This document shows, piece by piece, positions 52,058 through 61,802 of a stretch of DNA of 64,000 bases; positions within the stretch are counted from its first letter, which is position 1; every line of letters begins with the position of its first letter. The position numbers and the translations under genes were made by a program. The notes beneath the pieces were generated by a model. The model was given only the letters and a program-made list of their open reading frames with translations. It did not search any database and was not told where the DNA came from. Source of the DNA: Candidatus Latescibacterota bacterium (lineage in GTDB: Bacteria > Latescibacterota > UBA2968 > GCA-2709665); contig OZ250150.1 of the NCBI GenBank assembly GCA_965237675.1, positions 2,784,001 to 2,848,000 of the forward strand, given 5' to 3'.

Positions 52058-52984
52058 ATGGATGCCCTCAGAAAAGGCAACAATATTCTGGATCTCATCG
52101 GCGCAACGCCGATGGTCCGGCTGAACCGGGTGGTCGATCCGGAGGGGGCCGTTGTCTGGGCCAAGCTGGAGGCGTTCAATCCGGCGGGGAGTGTGAAAGA
52201 CCGGACCGCGCTGGCCATGATCGAGACGGCGGAGGCGCGCGGCGACTTGACGCCCGGCATGAGGATTATAGAGCCCACCAGCGGGAATACGGGCATCGGC
52301 CTGGCGATGGTGGCCGCGGTGAAAGGGTACCGGCTGACGATAACGATGCCGGACGGCGTCAGCGATGAACGCCAGAAGTTGCTCAGGGCGCTGGGCGCCG
52401 AGGTCGTGCTGACACCGGCCTACGACGGGATGCAGGGCACTATCGAAAAGGCGCTGGAACTGGTCGACGACGGTGTTGGGTGTTATATACCGCAACAATT
52501 CGAAAATCCGGCCAATCCCGACGTTCACCGCCGCACGACCGCACGTGAGATCCTGCGGCAGATGGAGGGAGCGCCGGACGTATTCGTGGCGGGCGTGGGG
52601 ACCGGCGGGACGGTCACCGGCGTGGGGGAGGTCTTAAAGGCGGAGTTCCCGAAGACGCGTGTTGTCGGCGTCGAGCCCGAGGATTCCGCCGTGTTGTCCG
52701 GCGGACAACCCGGGCCTACGGAGATCGACGGGCTGGGCGCCGGGATGATCCCCGACGTGCTTAACGTGGATATCCTGGATCGCGTGGTTTCGGTTTCAAA
52801 TACACAGGCTCGCCGGATGGCACGCAGACTGGCGAGGGAAGAGGGCATCCTGGCGGGCATTTCCTCAGGGGCGGCGGCCCATGCGGCGGTTGCGATTGCC
52901 GCGGCCATGACGGCGGGCGAGCGCGTGGTGGTCATTCTGCCGGATACGGGAGAACGTTACATGGACGCTTTTCTTTTTTCATAG
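52058..52984 (+). CDS. cysK: Cysteine synthase A
   Basis: NPAGSVKDR, EPTSGNTG, QQFENPAN, GVGTGGT, LPDTGERY. Confidence 0.93.
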   Translation: MDALRKGNNILDLIGATPMVRLNRVVDPEGAVVWAKLEAFNPAGSVKDRTALAMIETAEARGDLTPGMRIIEPTSGNTGIGLAMVAAVKGYRLTITMPDGVSDERQKLLRALGAEVVLTPAYDGMQGTIEKALELVDDGVGCYIPQQFENPANPDVHRRTTAREILRQMEGAPDVFVAGVGTGGTVTGVGEVLKAEFPKTRVVGVEPEDSAVLSGGQPGPTEIDGLGAGMIPDVLNVDILDRVVSVSNTQARRMARRLAREEGILAGISSGAAAHAAVAIAAAMTAGERVVVILPDTGERYMDAFLFS

Positions 52985-53053
52985 TGTTCTGTCCCGGAAA
53001 TAAATTGCCTAAATTCGGCGGAAGAATGGTGACATATTTCTTGGACGGGACAC
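52984..53053. mobile_element. Putative MITE, short form
   Basis: TIRs GTGTTCTGTCCCGGAAATA / TATTTCTTGGACGGGACAC. Confidence 0.6.
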
Positions 53054-53071
53054 AATACGCAACCAATCAAG

Positions 53072-53112
53072 AAAACGCGCCCGATGTCCTTATAGACACC
53101 GGGCGCGTTTTT
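53072..53112. terminator. Bidirectional terminator between cysK and rpsT
   Basis: AAAACGCGCCCG...CGGGCGCGTTTT. Confidence 0.75.
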
Positions 53113-53129
53113 GTTTGTGTAAGGGCTGT

Positions 53130-53381
53130 CTACAGGGCATTGGCCCGTCGGGCAAGGTCGGATTTGTAACGGGCCGCGGTGTTTCGATGCAGGATACCCT
53201 TTTTTACACTTTTGTCTATGACCGATACCGCCTGCGGCATCAACGATTCCGTTTCCTCTCTGTCAGTGGTGTTCGCCGCCTTTTTGAGGACGGTTCTCAG
53301 AGCGGAACGCGCGCTTTTATTTCGCAGCCGGGCCTTCCCGTTCTGTCGGAGCCTTTTGTAGGACGATTTGAGTGTGGGCAA
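53130..53381 (-). CDS. rpsT: 30S ribosomal protein S20
   Basis: (M)PTLKSSYKRLRQ...IDKSVKKGILHRNTAARYKS; TTG start 6 nt after AGGAGG. Confidence 0.95.
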   Translation of the reverse strand: MPTLKSSYKRLRQNGKARLRNKSARSALRTVLKKAANTTDREETESLMPQAVSVIDKSVKKGILHRNTAARYKSDLARRANAL

Positions 53382-53594
53382 CACGTACCTCCTTCGTGCC
53401 CCCGCATAAGGGAGCAAGCTTTTCAAATTACGGCAAATATAGAAGCACAACAATCTAACAAAAAAGCCGATTCTCCACAACAGATTTATTCAAAGTTGTT
53501 AAAAAGTAGATAGTTTTCCCGCAGAGAGCGTTTGTCTTCATCTCTGGACGAAAAATCGCGGTGCCCGCGACGTTTCAACCCGTCGGCTCCGTTG

Positions 53595-54515
53595 TCAATT
53601 GACCTTGAGCAGCTCAACCTCGAAGATGAGCGTGGCGCCGGGTGGAATGCTCGGATTTCTGCGGTCGCCGTAGGCGAGGTGGGACGGAATGAAGAGCAAG
53701 CATTTGGAGCCCTCCTTCATCAACTGCAACCCCTCCGTCCAGCCCCTGATGACCTGATTGAGCGGGAAAGTGGCCGGTTCTCCGCGCTTGATGGAACTGT
53801 CGAATTCGTTGCCGTCGAGGAGGGTGCCTCGGTAGTGCACAGTCACCGTGTCGGTGGCCGAAGGTGATTTCCCGGAACCCTCTCTGGTCATCTTGTACTG
53901 AAGGCCGCTGGGTTGTTCCACGACGCCCTCTTTCGTTAGATTGTCCGTCAGGAACCGCCGGCCCTCTTCTTTGTTTTTCTCGGCCATCTGTCCCGGATTG
54001 GGCCGCGAGGCGCGTGCCTTCATCCGGGCCTGTTGCCTTTCGATCATTCTTTGCTTTAATGAAGTCATAACCGCATCGATCTCCTCTTTGGTCATCCGTG
54101 GGTCTCTTTTCAATACGCGGTCCTGTATGCCGAGCGAGAACGCATCAGGATCGACTTCAAGTACGGTATTCTGGCGCAGGCCGCTTAGGATATCCCTTCC
54201 CACAGCGTAACCCAGAGCATAGTTGAGTTTCTGTTTGTCCGGTACGTCTTTCTCCTGGCGAAAGGCCAGGAGTGCCTGCTCGATTTCATCGCGCGTGTAG
54301 AGTGTGCCCCCGCCCGCCGCCGCTTCCCTGACGCCTTTTCGGTAGGCATCGGCATCGAGGTCTATCTGCACTTTTTCCAACGCTTTCGCAACTTCCTCAC
54401 CAAAGGTGAATCCCAGGCTGTAGCTGGATCTCTCGTTTTCAGTTGCCAGTTCCTTCTTTTCGGCCTCGCAGGCGATAAGAAGCAGCGACACAAGCAATGT
54501 CCATCCGATTCTCAT
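53595..54515 (-). CDS. FKBP-type peptidyl-prolyl isomerase lipoprotein with duplicated FKBP_N domain
   Basis: LLIAC lipobox; two SYSLG/NYALG segments; VHYRGTL...FDSS...VIRGWTEGL...IPPGATLIFEVEL. Confidence 0.9.
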   Translation of the reverse strand: MRIGWTLLVSLLLIACEAEKKELATENERSSYSLGFTFGEEVAKALEKVQIDLDADAYRKGVREAAAGGGTLYTRDEIEQALLAFRQEKDVPDKQKLNYALGYAVGRDILSGLRQNTVLEVDPDAFSLGIQDRVLKRDPRMTKEEIDAVMTSLKQRMIERQQARMKARASRPNPGQMAEKNKEEGRRFLTDNLTKEGVVEQPSGLQYKMTREGSGKSPSATDTVTVHYRGTLLDGNEFDSSIKRGEPATFPLNQVIRGWTEGLQLMKEGSKCLLFIPSHLAYGDRRNPSIPPGATLIFEVELLKVN

Positions 54516-54640
54516 TCAGTTCTCCTGTCTGATTGGGTGTTTTTGCGGCGAGGTCTGGCGCATCAGAATCGAAATGCGTCTCGAACAAGCCGGAAACCCG
54601 CCAACGGTCATCAAGGACCGGCGGCGGACGACGTTCAGCG

Positions 54641-55405
54641 TCAGCGCATGTAGATCCCGCCGTTGGCGTCGATGATTTCACCGGTAATGAAACTTCCCTG
54701 CTCGGAGGCGAGAAGGAGCACGGCGCCGACCATTTCCTCGGGTTTGCCCACGCGTTTCAGAGGTGCGGCCTGCCCGAAGGAATCGAGCTGTTCGGGTGTG
54801 GAGTGCCGGTGTTGCATGGGGGTGTCGATGACGCCGGGCGCCAGGGCGTTGACCCGGATGCCGTGCGGGGCAAGCTCTTTTGCGAGTCCACGGGTGAAGG
54901 TGTTGACCCCGCCCTTTGCGGTGCCGTACGGCAGGGTGCCCCCCCCGCCGCCGGTATGGCCCGCGACGGAGGAGATATTGACGATGGCGCCGCCGTGTTT
55001 TTGCATGGCGGGAATGGCCGCGCGGCAGCAGAGGAAAACACTCTTCAGGTTGACGTTGATCATGTGGTCCCACAGTTCGTCCGGGCATTCCGCAATGGGC
55101 GACTTGTCCATCCACTGGCCGGCGTTGTTCACCAGTACATCGAGCCGGCCGCCGAAGATTTCGAGGGTATGGTCCACCATGCGCTGGACGTCTTTCGCGC
55201 TGCAGACGTCCGTCCGCACCGTTTCGATGCTGCCTTCCGACGTGGAGGCGTCTTCTTTGAGCGCATCCGCGCCGGCCTTGTTGCTATTGTAGGTGGCAAC
55301 GACCGACGCGCCCTCGTTCGCCAGGGCGAGTGCGACGGCCTTGCCGATGCCGCTGCTGGCGCCGGTGACGATTGCGACTCTGCCGGTGAATTGTGGTTGG
55401 CTCAT
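54641..55405 (-). CDS. SDR family oxidoreductase
   Basis: TGASSGIG, NNAG, YGTAK. Confidence 0.9.
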   Translation of the reverse strand: MSQPQFTGRVAIVTGASSGIGKAVALALANEGASVVATYNSNKAGADALKEDASTSEGSIETVRTDVCSAKDVQRMVDHTLEIFGGRLDVLVNNAGQWMDKSPIAECPDELWDHMINVNLKSVFLCCRAAIPAMQKHGGAIVNISSVAGHTGGGGGTLPYGTAKGGVNTFTRGLAKELAPHGIRVNALAPGVIDTPMQHRHSTPEQLDSFGQAAPLKRVGKPEEMVGAVLLLASEQGSFITGEIIDANGGIYMR

Positions 55406-55495
55406 ATCGGTCCTCTCTCCCCGTCGAACGACCCGTGCGTGGGATCCACCGGTGCGGCGCCCGCGGGTCCCGCCGGCGTAGGCCCGTGAAGCGCT

Positions 55496-56263
55496 TCAGG
55501 GCTTGTCAAAAAGCTTCTTCCAGTCCGAGAAGGCCATCTGGCCGCCGTCTGCCACAAGCGTCTGTCCGGTGATGAAGCGGGCGTCCGGGGTGGTGAGAAA
55601 GTACGCGATGCCCGCGATTTCTTCGGGTTCGCCGTAGCGGCCCTGCGGGATGAGCTTGAGGTAGTTGTCCAGGGTTTCCCGGTCGTCCAACAGGTCGTCG
55701 TTTGCGGGCGTATTGATGACGCCCGGGCAAATGGCGTTGACACGTACGTTATGTGGCGCGAATTCTCCCGCCGCGGTTCGCGTAAAGGCGACAAGGGCGG
55801 CTTTGGAGGAGTCGTAGGCGGCGGAGCCCTTACTGGAGACCATCGCGTTTCGGGAGGCGATGTTGACGACGACACCGTCGCCCAGTTCAATCATTCCGGG
55901 CGCGACCTCCCGTGTAAGGATGAACGGAGCGGTGGTATTGATACGGTAGATTTCTTCCCATCGGTCAAGGGGGATATCGACGAGGGGTTCGTAGCACCAG
56001 GCTCCGGCATTGTTGACAAGAACATCAATGATACCGTGCTCTCTGGTAAACCGCGCCACCAGGTCCGGGATGGCCTCCAGGTTGTTCAGGTCGAAGACGC
56101 ATGGGATGGCGTTGGAAACGCATCCGGCGAGCTCATAAAGGGCGCGTTCCGAACGGTCCAGGGCGATTACACGGCAGCCTTCGGCGGCAAACCGTTTCGC
56201 GATGGCCTTGCCGATGCCGCTGGCGGCGCCGGTGACGAAAGCCAGCTTGCCGGGTCTATTCAT
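55496..56263 (-). CDS. SDR family oxidoreductase
   Basis: TGAASGIG, NNAG, YDSSK. Confidence 0.9.
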   Translation of the reverse strand: MNRPGKLAFVTGAASGIGKAIAKRFAAEGCRVIALDRSERALYELAGCVSNAIPCVFDLNNLEAIPDLVARFTREHGIIDVLVNNAGAWCYEPLVDIPLDRWEEIYRINTTAPFILTREVAPGMIELGDGVVVNIASRNAMVSSKGSAAYDSSKAALVAFTRTAAGEFAPHNVRVNAICPGVINTPANDDLLDDRETLDNYLKLIPQGRYGEPEEIAGIAYFLTTPDARFITGQTLVADGGQMAFSDWKKLFDKP

Positions 56264-56363
56264 GCGACATACGCCCTGGGGTTTGAGGGACGACTCCGAA
56301 ACGCGGTTAGAAGAGGGTTACGTGGATGTCGCAGCCACCCGATAGCCCCGTCATTCGGTGCGT

Positions 56364-57566
56364 TTACAACCAGCCCGCAACGGTCCACATAGCGCTGAGG
56401 CGGCCGAAGGATGCGTTGATGAGTCTTCGGGCGTCCGCCACGGGGTCGCCGCCGTAGTAGCGATTGAACTCGGCGCGTATGCGTTCTTCCAGGCTCGTGG
56501 GGTCGGTAAGCGGGAAGTCAACCCACCCGCCCCCGGTGTCGGCGCTTTCGCGCAGCGCCACCCACATTTCATAGTCCAGCCGACCGCCGGCCGCACCGTA
56601 TTGGGGGCTGGTGTTCCGGGTAACGGAGCTGTGCAGGCTTTCCAGGATGGCGGCTTTCGCCACGTCGTCCTGGCTGGAAATTTTGAACTGTTTGTAGGGA
56701 TTTTCCCAGGCGATGGGAGGGTCCGTGTCTACCTGAACCCTCGCGAGGATCTGTTCACCGTCGACTTCCTCGTGAATTTCACGGATGGGATAGGTGCGGT
56801 GTTGACCGTTGTGATAGAGGGTCAGTTCTTCACCTGAGAGGTAGCCGTTGACGCCTTCGATGTCCCAATTCATGCCGGGACTCGCACCAGGTGTGGTGGG
56901 CATTTCGTAGATGCACGCCACGTCGTTCTCAAATTCGATCACGCCGCTTTCCCACCAGCGAGTCGTTTCGTCTCCCCCGCCATAGTTCTTGTAGGGCGGC
57001 ACGTCAATGGCCCGGGCATAACCCATCGCGCGCCGGGGTTTGCTGTGCAGGATCGTGCGGACGGCGTTCAGGCCGTGGTAACTGCCCGCGGGATACCGGA
57101 GGCGTGCATGCGTGAGTTTACCCAGGATACCCGCCTGCGTGATACTCTGTTTGAGCCGCTCGTTGGGCCAGAGCCAGACGTTTTCGGCGACTTCCCATTT
57201 CAGGCCCTTCGCGCTTGCCGCACTGTCGATTGCGTCTCCAATGTCCAGGGTGAGCGCATAGGGGATTTCGGTGATAATGTGGCAGCCGTATTCGATGCCC
57301 GCAAGGGCGGCCACCATCTGACCGTCGGTGGGGAGCAGGACAAAGAAGACATCCGGCCTCTGTTCCTCCAGTAGCGATTCCATACAGGTATAGCGTGCCG
57401 AAACGTCAAACAACCCGCCCGCCGCGTGTAGGGCGTCTTCGCCCGCGTCGCAGACGGCGCAAAGGTCGTAGAGATGCGCGAGTTTCCGTATGGTGGCGAG
57501 GTAGCCTCTGGCGCGGGAGCCATTCTCGGCACCGACACCGGCAACGGCCATACGGAGGGTGGACAT
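56364..57566 (-). CDS. Gfo/Idh/MocA family oxidoreductase
   Basis: MAVAGVG Rossmann start, HIITEIP, VAENVW. Confidence 0.75.
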   Translation of the reverse strand: MSTLRMAVAGVGAENGSRARGYLATIRKLAHLYDLCAVCDAGEDALHAAGGLFDVSARYTCMESLLEEQRPDVFFVLLPTDGQMVAALAGIEYGCHIITEIPYALTLDIGDAIDSAASAKGLKWEVAENVWLWPNERLKQSITQAGILGKLTHARLRYPAGSYHGLNAVRTILHSKPRRAMGYARAIDVPPYKNYGGGDETTRWWESGVIEFENDVACIYEMPTTPGASPGMNWDIEGVNGYLSGEELTLYHNGQHRTYPIREIHEEVDGEQILARVQVDTDPPIAWENPYKQFKISSQDDVAKAAILESLHSSVTRNTSPQYGAAGGRLDYEMWVALRESADTGGGWVDFPLTDPTSLEERIRAEFNRYYGGDPVADARRLINASFGRLSAMWTVAGWL

Positions 57567-57705
57567 GGGGTGAGTTCCTCGAATTGACCGGTGGTTACGG
57601 ATCGACCTGACGCATTGACGTTGTGATCGGATTGCTGATTGAACGGTGAATGCAGTCATGGCCTGCGTCTTCCACGGTAAACGGGAAGAAAGGCGATGGT
57701 GGCGG

Positions 57706-58515
57706 CTACGAGATACAATCCTCCGCGCTGTCCTGAGGGACAAAGCCGAGAATTTCCCTGGCATGGTCCATGTCCACCCAGCAGTACCTGTTGTTGGAGA
57801 TGCTGTAGAAGATATCGAAGCGGAGATCGTCCGGCGCGTTGATGCAAAGTTCGTTGATCTTCACAACGTCGCGCTGGCTGCACCAGACCGCGGAAAGTTC
57901 GGGGCTGGACGGCCGGTCTTCAGCGTTGACGGCCCCGATCCGCAGGGAAAGGCACGAGAGTCCATGTACGTCTGAGTAAATTCGAGCCAGGGCTTCACCC
58001 CAGACCTTGCTGGCCGAATAGGGTTCCGTCGGCCGCGTCGGGTGTTTGTGCGTAACGATGGGTATGGGATCGGGTACGTCGTCGAACCGACATTCTCTAA
58101 TGGCCGTGTAGGGTTCGTCGGCCTGATAGCCCCAACTGGTCATGATGGAACTGGCGTAAACGATCCGCCTGACGCCGGCGATCCGGCACGCTTCGAAGAC
58201 GTTGTAGGCACCGATCACGTTGCTGTTCAGTATGTTCTCCCAACTCGCTTCAGGCCGGGGATCCGCAGCCATCTGGACGACGGTGTCCATGCCGTTGACG
58301 GCGTTTTGCACGGCCTGCATGTCGGAGAGATCCGCGAGGTGGAATTTGTCGTCGGGGATGTTGAGCGCGCGGCCGTCGGGCGCCCGGTCCGAAGGATAGC
58401 GGCGGCGCGCAAGGGCATAGGTGTCGTATCTGTCGGGCGACTGGATCAGATGCTCGTAAATGGCTCCGGGTATGAGGCCGTATACGCCGGTGACGAGAAC
58501 TTTTCGGGGGGGCAT
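57706..58515 (-). CDS. NAD-dependent epimerase/dehydratase (uronate dehydrogenase-like)
   Basis: VLVTGVYG, YASS, YSASK, SLRIG. Confidence 0.8.
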   Translation of the reverse strand: MPPRKVLVTGVYGLIPGAIYEHLIQSPDRYDTYALARRRYPSDRAPDGRALNIPDDKFHLADLSDMQAVQNAVNGMDTVVQMAADPRPEASWENILNSNVIGAYNVFEACRIAGVRRIVYASSIMTSWGYQADEPYTAIRECRFDDVPDPIPIVTHKHPTRPTEPYSASKVWGEALARIYSDVHGLSCLSLRIGAVNAEDRPSSPELSAVWCSQRDVVKINELCINAPDDLRFDIFYSISNNRYCWVDMDHAREILGFVPQDSAEDCIS

Positions 58516-58798
58516 GTCACCTCCATAATGGGATGTGTCCGGGAGAAAACGTGGTCAGAGAATATCCGGCTTCGCGCTGGAAGGCGCTGCATTGCCGCCA
58601 CTTGCGTGCCTCCGCCGGAATCCCGGAACGCATCCGTTTTTTTGGTACCCTTCCGCTTCGATTGCCGAACCAAGTTAACGTAAATACGTGGATCATCAAA
58701 GAGAAAATACAACTGTGCACCCCACTGACGGGATGGATGTAGACAGCGGAAGCCTGTGGTGTCGGGCCTGCGCGCATTCAGGGTAGAATTGAATTCCG

Positions 58799-58826
58799 TT
58801 GACACACGACATAACGATTCTATATT
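58799..58826 (+). promoter_or_regulatory. Sigma70 promoter about 230 nt upstream of the UMP kinase gene
   Basis: TTGACA-16 bp-TATATT. Confidence 0.5.
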
Positions 58827-59058
58827 AAACGAGTGCGGTTGACGCCGTGACGCCTCCCGGCTGAGCGCGGGAGCATCGTCGCCGGAAATCCCGTACGGGT
58901 CCCCAGGCGTCTGCGGCAAATACGAGGTTCACCGACTGCACGCATGCCGAACTGTAGCCCGCCTTGCTCTCCCGGGCGGCCGAATTCGATTTGTCGTTCT
59001 CCCCCGATGGTCACCACCTATATTTCTTCCCGTTTGAACCCCGGAGTATGTATAAACG

Positions 59059-59793
59059 ATGAGATACAGGCGAATTGTCCTCAAGTTGAGCGGCGCGGCC
59101 GTCGCAAGAGATCGGGAATTCGGATTTGATCCCGGTGCGCTGGAGTACATAGCGGATGAGATTCTGGCCGTTCACAGGCTCGGCGTCGGTGTCGGTGTCG
59201 TGATCGGAGGCGGTAACATTTTCAGAGGGGCGCTCGGCGCTCAGTGGGGCATTGAAGAGTCTGAGGCTCACAACATCGGGATGCTCGCTACGATCGTCAA
59301 CAGCCTGATGTTGCGGGGCGTCATGACCGCCAGGAGTGATGCTGAAGTCCGCGTGATGACGGCAATCCCGATCAACGCGGTCGCCGAACCTTTTATCCGG
59401 CTGCGCGCCATTCACCATATCGAAAAAGGATATATCGTGATCTTCGCCGGAGGTATCGGCAATCCTTACGTCACAACGGACTATCCCGGCGTGCAGCGGG
59501 CGCTTGAGATACGGGCCGATGCCATTCTTTTCGCGAAGCACAAAACGGCCGGAGTCTACACCGACGACCCCAACAGGAGTCCTGGCGCGCGCCTGTACCG
59601 CAGCGTTGGATACGATACCGTTGTGAGGGAAAATCTGGGCGCGCTGGATCAGTCCGCGGTGATTCTCGCCCGGGACAACAGGCTCCCCATCCACGTTTTT
59701 GATTTTGACACGCATGGGACCATGCGCCGGATTCTGGAGGGCGAGGATCTGGGCACGCTGATCGCACATGGTCCCGGAGACGAGTTGGCATAG
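59059..59793 (+). CDS. pyrH: UMP kinase (paralogous type)
   Basis: VLKLSG, IGGGNIFRG, GNPYVTTD, GVYTDDP. Confidence 0.85.
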   Translation: MRYRRIVLKLSGAAVARDREFGFDPGALEYIADEILAVHRLGVGVGVVIGGGNIFRGALGAQWGIEESEAHNIGMLATIVNSLMLRGVMTARSDAEVRVMTAIPINAVAEPFIRLRAIHHIEKGYIVIFAGGIGNPYVTTDYPGVQRALEIRADAILFAKHKTAGVYTDDPNRSPGARLYRSVGYDTVVRENLGALDQSAVILARDNRLPIHVFDFDTHGTMRRILEGEDLGTLIAHGPGDELA

Positions 59794-59914
59794 CGGTGTC
59801 GGGAGCCGACTGACGCATTGTCGGGAGAAAGGTACCGCAGATGTCCGGGACAGAACACTTGTCGTTCTCCGGGATTGAACGCCCACGCTTTCCTTTACGG
59901 GGGATTACGTTCAG

Positions 59915-61195
59915 ATGAAAGTGTTGATTGTGGGAAAGGGTGGCCGCGAGCACGCGTTTGCCTGGAAGATCGCCCAGAGTCCGAAGGTGAGCCGCATCTA
60001 TGCCGCTCCCGGCAACCCCGGTATGGCCAGACAGGCCACCTGCGTGGATATCGGTGTCGACGACCTGGACGGTCTGGTGGGATTTGCACAGCAGGAGCGT
60101 ATCGATTTAACGGTTGTAGGGCCCGAGGACCCGCTTGCAAATGGGCTTGTGGATCGATTCGAGGCAGTGGGCCTTCGGGTGTTCGGACCCTCGCGGAGGG
60201 CGGCTCAGATTGAGGCCGATAAGGATTTCGCACTCCGCATCATGCACAAATACGGCATTCCCACCGGGCAGTATTGGACGTTTACCGACACGGACGCCGC
60301 GAGGGGGTTCGTGCGGGATTGGGGAGCGCCGGTGGTGTTGAAAGCCGCGGGACTGGCTGCCGGAAAGGGTGCGGTGGTGTGCCACTCAGTGGAAGAGGCG
60401 CTGCGTGCCGTGGACAGGGTGATGGTGGACCGGGAATTCGGCGCTGCGGGAGATAAACTGGTGCTAATGGAGTACCTGGAGGGGGAGGAAGCATCGATTA
60501 CGGGGTTTACCGATGGGAAACACGTGGCGTGCATCGTGCCGTCTCAGGATCACAAGACCCTCCGCGAGGGAGATACCGGCCCCAATACGGGCGGGATGGG
60601 CGCCTACGCACCTGCCCCCGTGGTGACGCCGGAGATGCAGAAGGCCATTGTGGAACGCGTGATGCTTCCCACCGTGGAGGCACTGGCCGCGGAAGGGCGG
60701 CCCTACAAGGGGATTCTTTACGGCGGTTTGATCATTACAGAAAGCGGCCCCCGGGTCATCGAATTCAACTGCCGGCTGGGCGACCCGGAGGCGCAGGTGG
60801 TGCTGCCTCTGCTGAAGACCGATCTGGTGGATATTATCGAGGCCGTGTACGATGGCACCCTGAAAGACCTGGAAATTGAGCTGGACAACCGGGCCGCGAC
60901 CTGCGTGGTACTGGCTTCCGGAGGATATCCGGGCGAGTTCGAAACGGGATTTGCGATTTCGGGCCTGGACGAGGCGGAAGCCCAGGACGACGTATTGGTG
61001 TTTCACGCGGGCACGGCACGGAAAGAAGGGGCGATGGTGACCAACGGCGGCCGGGTTCTGGGTGTCACGGCCGTCGGCCGGAATATTCAGGCTTCGACCA
61101 GTCGGGCCTATGGGGCGATCGAGAAGATTCAATTCGACAACGTGTATTACCGGATGGATATCGGATACAGGGCGTTGGAGCGGCTGGGGGTTTGA
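59915..61195 (+). CDS. purD: Phosphoribosylamine-glycine ligase
   Basis: GKGGREHA, GLAAGKG, GPNTGGMGAY, EFNCRLGDPE, TNGGRV. Confidence 0.98.
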   Translation: MKVLIVGKGGREHAFAWKIAQSPKVSRIYAAPGNPGMARQATCVDIGVDDLDGLVGFAQQERIDLTVVGPEDPLANGLVDRFEAVGLRVFGPSRRAAQIEADKDFALRIMHKYGIPTGQYWTFTDTDAARGFVRDWGAPVVLKAAGLAAGKGAVVCHSVEEALRAVDRVMVDREFGAAGDKLVLMEYLEGEEASITGFTDGKHVACIVPSQDHKTLREGDTGPNTGGMGAYAPAPVVTPEMQKAIVERVMLPTVEALAAEGRPYKGILYGGLIITESGPRVIEFNCRLGDPEAQVVLPLLKTDLVDIIEAVYDGTLKDLEIELDNRAATCVVLASGGYPGEFETGFAISGLDEAEAQDDVLVFHAGTARKEGAMVTNGGRVLGVTAVGRNIQASTSRAYGAIEKIQFDNVYYRMDIGYRALERLGV

Positions 61196-61355
61196 AACGC
61201 TCGAAAGGCGTTGTCGCGGGTCGGAAATAATGGATACGGACGTCGACGAACAAATCAGACGGCATCGTTCCGCCGTCAGGGAGGCGCTTCCACGTCATCG
61301 ATTTTGCCGCTAAACCGTAGAGAGATGTTGGACATCACAAAGGAGGAAGAGGATC

Positions 61356-61802
61356 GTGGTTGGCATAATTATGGGTAGCCGTTCCGATGAACCGATCATG
61401 CAGAAAGCAGCGCCCATTCTGGATGAACTGGGCATTGCATACGAGATGACCGTGTCGTCCGCACATCGGAATCCCGAACGGACGGGCGAATATGCGCGCA
61501 CGGCGGAAGCGCGCGGTCTGAAAGTCATTATTGCCGGGGCAGGGTTGGCGGCGGCGCTGCCGGGCGTGATGGCGGCGCATACCACATTGCCCGTAATCGG
61601 GGTGCCGATCGCCTCCGGCGCGCTCAACGGCGTCGATTCGCTGTATGCGATCGTGCAGATGCCGCCCGGAGTGCCGGTAGGGTGCGTGGGCATCGACAAC
61701 GCCCGCAACGCGGCCGTTCTGGCCGCACAGATCATCGCGCAGACGGACGCGGGGGTAAAAGAGAAGCTGGACGCGTACAAACAACGCCTCGCGGAGGGAT
61801 AG
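61356..61802 (+). CDS. purE: N5-CAIR mutase
   Basis: [28 protein letters not shown]. Confidence 0.97.
   Translation: MVGIIMGSRSDEPIMQKAAPILDELGIAYEMTVSSAHRNPERTGEYARTAEARGLKVIIAGAGLAAALPGVMAAHTTLPVIGVPIASGALNGVDSLYAIVQMPPGVPVGCVGIDNARNAAVLAAQIIAQTDAGVKEKLDAYKQRLAEG

Noticed and set aside
58830-59050. 6S, SRP, tmRNA or RNase P RNA
   Set aside because: Lacks their hallmark motifs; kept only as an unassigned structured leader.
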